A stretch of DNA of 64,000 nucleotides from Gammaproteobacteria bacterium. Its GTDB lineage: Bacteria > Pseudomonadota > Gammaproteobacteria > Pseudomonadales > PIVM01. The translations under genes were made by a program, and so were the position numbers. The notes under the pieces were generated by a model. The model was not told the origin of the DNA and did not search any database. It saw nothing but the letters and a program-made list of their open reading frames with translations. Numbering within the stretch: the stretch's first letter is position 1; the number at the start of each line of letters is the position of its first letter. The stretch covers positions 5,569 to 69,568 of the forward strand of contig PIVM01000002.1 in NCBI GenBank assembly GCA_003353945.1. Reading direction: 5' to 3'. This document shows positions 58,540 through 64,000 of the stretch, piece by piece.

Positions 58540-60279
58540 ATGTCTATCCGAGAAGTTCTTTCCACCCGAGTCCGACAGGCCATGGATGCTGCCGGTATTC
58601 CGGCTGAGTGTTCCCCTGCGGTAGCCTTAAGCACCAAGCCGCAGTTTGGCGATTACCAGGCTAATGGTGCCATGGGCGCAGCTAAACGCTTGAAAAACAA
58701 CCCCCGGCAATTGGCCAGCAGTATTATTGAAAATCTTGAGCTTGATGATATTGCCGAACAGGTGGAGATAGCAGGGCCCGGTTTTATCAATATTCACTTG
58801 CGCAACGACTGGCTGGCCAGTCAGCTTGAAAATGAACTCGCCACAGAGGGCTTTGGCCTGCAGGCGCAGAATGTGCAGACCGTGGTGATCGATTATTCCT
58901 CGCCGAATCTTGCTAAGGAAATGCATGTCGGGCATTTACGCTCCACCATCATTGGCGATGTATTGGTGCGCGTTTTGTCATTTCTGGGACACAGGGTGAT
59001 TCGACAAAATCATGTCGGCGACTGGGGAACCCAATTTGGCATGTTGATAGCTCATCTTGAGGATGAAACGGCTAAAGGTATGGAATTAACGGGTGCGGCA
59101 CTGGCCGACCTTGAAACCTTCTACCGTGATGCGAAAAAGCGTTTTGATGATGAACCGTCATTTGCTGAGCGGGCGAGGGACTATGTTGTCCGTCTGCAAT
59201 CGGGTGATGAGCATTGCCGTAAGCTCTGGCAACAGTTTATTGATATCTCCTTGCGTCACAGTGAAGAGATTTATCAAAAGCTTAATGTCAGTTTGACACG
59301 CGAAGATGTGCGGGCTGAGAGTGCCTATAACGCAGAGCTTGGCGAGATTGTTGACGAATTACAAAAGCAGAATCTGGTGCAGGAAAGCGATGGAGCCCTC
59401 GTGGCATTTCTTGATGAACTGGCGGATAAAAAAGGTAATCCCTCTCCTGTGATCGTTCAGAAAACCGGTGGTGGTTATCTTTACGCAACGACCGATTTAG
59501 CCGCAATTCGCTATCGTTCGAAAATCCTGCAGGCTGACCGCGTGTTGTATTTTATTGATTCGCGCCAGGGGCTCCATATGAAACAGATTTTCATGCTGGG
59601 TCGTAAAGCGGGCTTTGTGTCGGAAAACTGCAGCCTGGAGCATCATGCCTTTGGCACGATGCTGGGTGACGATGGCAAGCCTTTCAAAACGCGTAGTGGT
59701 GGTACAGTCAAGTTGGCTGAGCTATTGGAAGAGGCTGTCGAGCGCGCTGGTCGAATCATTGAAGAAAAAAATCCAGAACTTCCGATAGAAGAGCGTCAGG
59801 AGGTTGCTCATAAGGTGGGGATTGGTGCGGTTAAATATGCAGATTTATGTAAGACCCGCACTAACGACTATGTGTTCAGCTGGGATGAGATGTTGAGCTT
59901 TGAAGGTAACACCGCGCCCTATCTGCAATACGCGTATGCGCGTATTCAGAGTGTTTTTCGCAAGGCCAATGAACTGCCTGATTCATTGAACGGTCCTCTT
60001 ATCGTAGCGACAAAAGAAGAAAAGGCCTTGGTGCTTGAGTTATTAAAATTTGAAGAAGCGCTGCAACAACTTGCGCAGGATGCCTATCCACACGTGTTAT
60101 GTAATTATCTTTACGAATTATCTTCCTGCTATATGAAATTCTATGAAGCCTGCCCCATATTGAAAGACGGAGTAGAGGCGCAAACACGCCATAGCCGACT
60201 GTGTTTATGCGACGGTACGGCACGAATAATAAAAACAGGGCTGAACTTATTGGGCATAGAAGTGATGGAGCGGATGTAA
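58540..60279 (+). CDS. argS: arginine--tRNA ligase
   Basis: 579 aa from ATG 58540. HVGHLRS (HIGH) motif, class I anticodon-binding C-terminus, ends in MERM. The ORF is open from 58450, but that extension looks non-coding. Confidence 0.92.
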   Translation: MSIREVLSTRVRQAMDAAGIPAECSPAVALSTKPQFGDYQANGAMGAAKRLKNNPRQLASSIIENLELDDIAEQVEIAGPGFINIHLRNDWLASQLENELATEGFGLQAQNVQTVVIDYSSPNLAKEMHVGHLRSTIIGDVLVRVLSFLGHRVIRQNHVGDWGTQFGMLIAHLEDETAKGMELTGAALADLETFYRDAKKRFDDEPSFAERARDYVVRLQSGDEHCRKLWQQFIDISLRHSEEIYQKLNVSLTREDVRAESAYNAELGEIVDELQKQNLVQESDGALVAFLDELADKKGNPSPVIVQKTGGGYLYATTDLAAIRYRSKILQADRVLYFIDSRQGLHMKQIFMLGRKAGFVSENCSLEHHAFGTMLGDDGKPFKTRSGGTVKLAELLEEAVERAGRIIEEKNPELPIEERQEVAHKVGIGAVKYADLCKTRTNDYVFSWDEMLSFEGNTAPYLQYAYARIQSVFRKANELPDSLNGPLIVATKEEKALVLELLKFEEALQQLAQDAYPHVLCNYLYELSSCYMKFYEACPILKDGVEAQTRHSRLCLCDGTARIIKTGLNLLGIEVMERM

Positions 60280-60872
60280 GGGCTTTGTTTCCGGCATACG
60301 AGTGAGTAGCAAAAGAGCTGGCTGCGAGGCAGGGAGGGGCTGCGAAGTGTTTATTGCTTGTGTAAAAAATATGCAGTGAGTGGCGGCCAAAATCCCCTTG
60401 TGAGAGATGCAAGCTAGTGGCAAAGGAAGCTGGCTGTCAGATGTTTTGTTATCTTTAAGCTGAAATTTCTTTTTTAAAGATCGGACTATGACTATTATGC
60501 AAAAATCTGATTTTCACTAAATTTCATCTATAAAGAGACTATTTCTATTTCAATTTTCAACTAACGACGAAGTAAATTCTGGTATGTGTTTTCTTTATCC
60601 GAAACAGAAATCGCAGCCTTCCTAATAAAAAAAATATCTTATTTTATTCAAACAAACGATATCTAAACACTCTTTTACTAGTAATGGTTATCATCAAATA
60701 TTAACTATGACCTTAGCATTTGAAGTGTTTCACATCTAACATATAATATTGTTTACTTTGTTGAATTGTATTGGCGTGATAATTTTCGCGATCCTAGACT
60801 TGTATGTGACGAAGATATTGGCAAACGCCAAAGCACAACTTGAACGACATATTTCGTTAGGTTAAGTTTATT

Positions 60873-61565
60873 ATGAGTTTAATAGGTAATCACAATATAG
60901 TAACTGAACCTTCGTTTTATTATATGTCAGGGAAGCAGCTATTCCCGCCAGTTGAAGAGAATAACTATGATGGTTTTCTCAGATACCTTAATTATCGTAT
61001 TTTGTCGGAAAAAGAAAATTTAAAATGCCATGTTTGTAAGATATTGCTTTGTCAAAACGAGCAATTAAGAACCTATTTATTCCCTTCCGTTGTCGATTTG
61101 TTTCTGATCCTACAGGAAGTGGGTATGGCCTTGCGCAGGCGTATGCTGCTGCTTTCAAGACAGAATCTTACTCATACTCAATTCGCGATACTTAGAAAAT
61201 GCCTTGAAAAAAATAGGCTTTCATCCAAAGAAGAGTGGCTCCCGGTAACATCGCTTTTTGCGTATTGCTTTGCAGGTAATACTGCCAGCGTGCTTGCCGA
61301 TTACATGACAGATTTAGATACGCCGAATAAGAAAGAAGGTATTGATGATATCGCTTTGTCCTATATTGAAAACTGTCAATTGGATGCGGCGATTGATCTG
61401 TATGAGTCGGCACTGGAGCGCGAACCTGACAATGAGAAATACGCGAAACAGTTGCTGGAGCTGTGTCAATCCTGCGACAAAATGCAACGCTTGATTTCTT
61501 TTTCACGCCAGTTGTTAACAAAGACAGAGGTGATTCCTCTGTCTTTACAGAAAACGATTAGTTAG
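60873..61565 (+). CDS. hypothetical helical protein, TPR-like C-terminal segment
   Basis: 230 aa, AT-rich. First gene of a tightly spaced four-gene set. C-terminal LDAAIDLYESALEREPDNEKYAKQLLEL resembles a TPR unit. Confidence 0.5.
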   Translation: MSLIGNHNIVTEPSFYYMSGKQLFPPVEENNYDGFLRYLNYRILSEKENLKCHVCKILLCQNEQLRTYLFPSVVDLFLILQEVGMALRRRMLLLSRQNLTHTQFAILRKCLEKNRLSSKEEWLPVTSLFAYCFAGNTASVLADYMTDLDTPNKKEGIDDIALSYIENCQLDAAIDLYESALEREPDNEKYAKQLLELCQSCDKMQRLISFSRQLLTKTEVIPLSLQKTIS

Positions 61566-61592
61566 CTGTGCTAAAGTTGAGGCGATTGCTTT

Positions 61593-62861
61593 ATGATTTT
61601 TAACAAAACGGTAAAGAGCAAGAATGCGCGGCAAACATTGATATCATTTATAGGGTTGGATAACCGTTCTACTAAAGCATTTGAGCTATTTTTTAAGATC
61701 TCCTGTCATGATAAATATGCGCACGTTGAAAAACATGAAGAGGCTTCAATAACGATTGTAGATATCGATGCATATAACATTGGTAAGCAAGTGAAGGAGT
61801 TCTGTCAATCCTTTTCAGAGCGCCAGTTGATTGTGTTATCAACACACCAATCTGAATTTGAGTTTCCAAATAGCCATCTTGTACGCAAGCCAATTAAGCA
61901 CGTGGAGTTGTCCAAGCTATTGGATGTTATTGATAAAAAAACACATAAAAATGTAGGAGCTCAAATATCGTCGGATGTTTCCAGAAATAATCATGGGAAA
62001 GAGAAAAGTGAAATCAATACAATTAAGGAAGTAAAGGAGAAGGCAGTAAAAAGAACGCCCGCCGCAATCGAAAATAAAAAGTATCGCGATACTGCACAAG
62101 CAGCGCAGCTTATAGGTGTAGTAGATGAGAAGCTGTTTGTTGGTAGTCATCCTGATATGGACTTGGAGAAACCACGAGATGTGCTGAAAATATTCTATTC
62201 GCCAAAAAATATGTTTCAAGGAGCATTACAGAAAGGTTGGGATTTGGCCAAACAAAATAGGGAGACTGTTGAAGTTAAGTTTCTGGAGCATGCCGTTTAC
62301 CTGGATGGGGTTAATCATCTGGCGATGACTGAGCTAAGCGATAGTGTGTTAAGGCCCATGTGCCTATTAGAGTCGAAAGATACTCCAACATTTAGCAGTA
62401 TTGATAATAAGACCGTCAAAGAACGGTTGCAAGCACATGGGCGTGCGGTGCGAAGCTGCACGATTGAGTCGTTTATCTGGAAAATTTCGTTATGGTCATC
62501 AAGGGGGCGTATTCCGGATAACACGGATATTTATAAACCTGTGTTTCTTTCAGAGTGGCCCAACCTAACGCGTCTGCAGCAAACGCCGCATGCATTGAGG
62601 ATTGCCGCATTAATTGCTCATGAGCCAATCGCATTATGTGATGTTATTAAGGAGCTTAAGATACCGCAGCGTTATGTTTTCGGATTTTACAGTGCGGTTA
62701 ACGCACTTGGAATCGCAGGTGTCAGTCGGCGCACAGTGGACTCGCTGTTCGAAGTGCAACAAAAACGATTTATGGGGGAACGTTCCGTGCTGCGAAAGCT
62801 ATTGGGGCGTCTCACACATACTGTAGGTGGTGAGTCATCATCTCATGCAGTAGCGCGATAA
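61593..62861 (+). CDS. hypothetical protein with an N-terminal receiver-like (REC-like) domain and an unknown C-terminal domain
   Basis: 422 aa. Beta-alpha pattern TLISFIGLDN / ITIVDIDAYN / LIVLST / LVRKPIKHVELSKLL mimics REC beta1/3/4/5. Then a Lys-rich linker and a roughly 230-aa unknown domain. Confidence 0.5.
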   Translation: MIFNKTVKSKNARQTLISFIGLDNRSTKAFELFFKISCHDKYAHVEKHEEASITIVDIDAYNIGKQVKEFCQSFSERQLIVLSTHQSEFEFPNSHLVRKPIKHVELSKLLDVIDKKTHKNVGAQISSDVSRNNHGKEKSEINTIKEVKEKAVKRTPAAIENKKYRDTAQAAQLIGVVDEKLFVGSHPDMDLEKPRDVLKIFYSPKNMFQGALQKGWDLAKQNRETVEVKFLEHAVYLDGVNHLAMTELSDSVLRPMCLLESKDTPTFSSIDNKTVKERLQAHGRAVRSCTIESFIWKISLWSSRGRIPDNTDIYKPVFLSEWPNLTRLQQTPHALRIAALIAHEPIALCDVIKELKIPQRYVFGFYSAVNALGIAGVSRRTVDSLFEVQQKRFMGERSVLRKLLGRLTHTVGGESSSHAVAR

Positions 62862-62868
62862 GGGACAA

Positions 62869-63408
62869 ATGATGAGCAGCTTGAAAATTGTTTTCAGCGG
62901 TCCAGTCGGGGCAGGAAAAACGACCGCAATAGGCGCAATAAGCGATGCGGCTCCGGTTTCAACCAATGAGCAGGCATCAGATATGACACGGCAGCGTAAG
63001 TCAGAGACGACAGTGGCATTAGACTATGGCGTGATGCAGCTAGATAGTGAAGAAAAAATACATCTATACGGGACGCCTGGGCAGGAACGTTTTAATTTTA
63101 TGTGGGATATACTCGCTAACGGTGGAATAGGGCTTGTGCTTCTGCTAGATAATACGCGAAAAGATCCACTTACTGATATGGCCTTTTTTATCGATTCATT
63201 TCGCGACTACATTAGTCAAACGGCACTGGCAATTGGAGTGACGCAAACAGATTTAAAAGCCATGCCTAGACTGGATATCTACAATACAAAATTGAGAGAA
63301 ATGAAAATGAGTGCAGCTGTGTTTGAAGTCGATGCGCGTGAACGTAATGATGTGTCATTGCTGGTCCAGTCATTATTATTTACCATTGACCCAGGGCTGG
63401 AGTATTAG
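62869..63408 (+). CDS. small P-loop GTPase, COG2229 / MglA-CvnD-like
   Basis: 179 aa. G1 GPVGAGKTT, G3 YGTPGQERF, G4-like GVTQTD. Size and motif spacing match prokaryotic Ras-superfamily GTPases. Confidence 0.65.
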   Translation: MMSSLKIVFSGPVGAGKTTAIGAISDAAPVSTNEQASDMTRQRKSETTVALDYGVMQLDSEEKIHLYGTPGQERFNFMWDILANGGIGLVLLLDNTRKDPLTDMAFFIDSFRDYISQTALAIGVTQTDLKAMPRLDIYNTKLREMKMSAAVFEVDARERNDVSLLVQSLLFTIDPGLEY

Positions 63409-63410
63409 CC

Positions 63411-64000
63411 ATGAGTGATGTTCCTTCTGATCAAGTCTATATTCAGACAACACCCGCTGGAGCATATTACACAACCTGTACAAAAAAGGACGATGCGTCA
63501 AGGCGTTTGCTACAGCAATTTCTGTGTTCTCCAACAACACCGAATTTGGATATTGAGAACCTATCTCAACAGTTGTCTTTGACAAATGATGCTACGCTGG
63601 AGTTGCTGCAACATTTGGATAAACTGAAATTTCTACAACGCTTTGATGAGCCAATGCAGGTTGATACCGGTAAGTTGGAGGATATTCTGCCGCAACTGCT
63701 GCAAGCACTTTCGTGCGAGAACAAGGCATTACTGGCAGATGAACAGGGCTTTTATATTTCATCAGCGGGTTTTCCACACGAAACTGCAGAAGAGCTGTCT
63801 GCGTTGGGGGCTGATTTGGCTTCATTGCACGAGCGCCACAGCGGTTTACTGCTTGGAAATCTCAATATGCAATCTAACAGCTGGGCATTAGTCGATGCAG
63901 CAGGATTTAGTCAGCTAGGATTTTGGCCGCTCTTTGTTGGTGTGGAAGTATTCACATTGATAATTTCCGGCGTTCCACGTTTGGATAGAAATGAATTTCT
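63411..64000 (+). CDS. partial ORF (runs off the window): possible helical/wHTH-like N-terminal segment plus Roadblock/LC7-like domain
   Basis: Translated manually; it is absent from the ORF track because there is no stop before the window end. 196 codons are open, starting 2 nt after the GTPase stop. The segment KALLADEQGFYISSAGFPHETAEELSALGADLASL...WALVDAAG...LIISG resembles Roadblock/MglB. Confidence 0.45.
   Translation, partial: MSDVPSDQVYIQTTPAGAYYTTCTKKDDASRRLLQQFLCSPTTPNLDIENLSQQLSLTNDATLELLQHLDKLKFLQRFDEPMQVDTGKLEDILPQLLQALSCENKALLADEQGFYISSAGFPHETAEELSALGADLASLHERHSGLLLGNLNMQSNSWALVDAAGFSQLGFWPLFVGVEVFTLIISGVPRLDRNEF

Noticed and set aside
63376-63825. Minus-strand ORFs 63376..63585 and 63592..63825
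   Set aside because: They lie antisense to the continuous plus-strand ORF starting at 63411, which is translationally coupled to the GTPase gene. They are shadow ORFs.

Overview
This 64-kb chromosomal window looks like it comes from a marine-type gammaproteobacterium. That is a guess from gene content only. The backbone is roughly 50% GC by eye, with a few AT-rich patches. I call about 45 protein genes and one tRNA. I saw no rRNA, CRISPR array, integrase or transposase. (1) 0-22 kb is mostly housekeeping: two tandem CBS-pair proteins, tRNA-Gly(CCC), pntAB, nadA, a BepA-like M48/TPR protease, a TusA-like protein, an AI-2E permease, an M16 pitrilysin-like protease and fabV. It also holds an AT-rich patch downstream of the tRNA with a MITE-like hairpin element. 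(2) 22.4-46.2 kb is a catabolic island whose content and gene order match the steroid C/D-ring (HIP) degradation gene set. It has a FadD3-like CoA ligase, IpdA/IpdB, IpdC, a crotonase, two paralogous heteromeric acyl-CoA dehydrogenase pairs, two thiolases and two SDRs. The island is interrupted by two divergently transcribed paralogous REC-HK-REC hybrid kinases and a TonB-dependent receptor. It ends in an aldolase-SDR fusion carrying an in-frame 15-bp tandem repeat. Its intergenic spacers carry two families of palindromic elements. One family has a conserved apical loop on stems that differ in sequence but are perfectly complementary. (3) 46.2-51.8 kb is a single 1858-aa head-to-tail fused double UvrA paralogue with four ABC modules. 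(4) 51.8-60.3 kb holds a lipoprotein, a bacteriohemerythrin, a DUF1329-like protein, a DUF1214-like/sulfotransferase pair and argS. (5) The last 3.7 kb is AT-rich and encodes a tightly packed four-gene module: a helical protein, a receiver-like protein, a COG2229/MglA/CvnD-like small GTPase, and a Roadblock/LC7-like partner that runs off the window. This module is my best candidate for an undescribed signalling system, but it is incomplete here. All family assignments come from motif recognition by eye, because no database search was possible.
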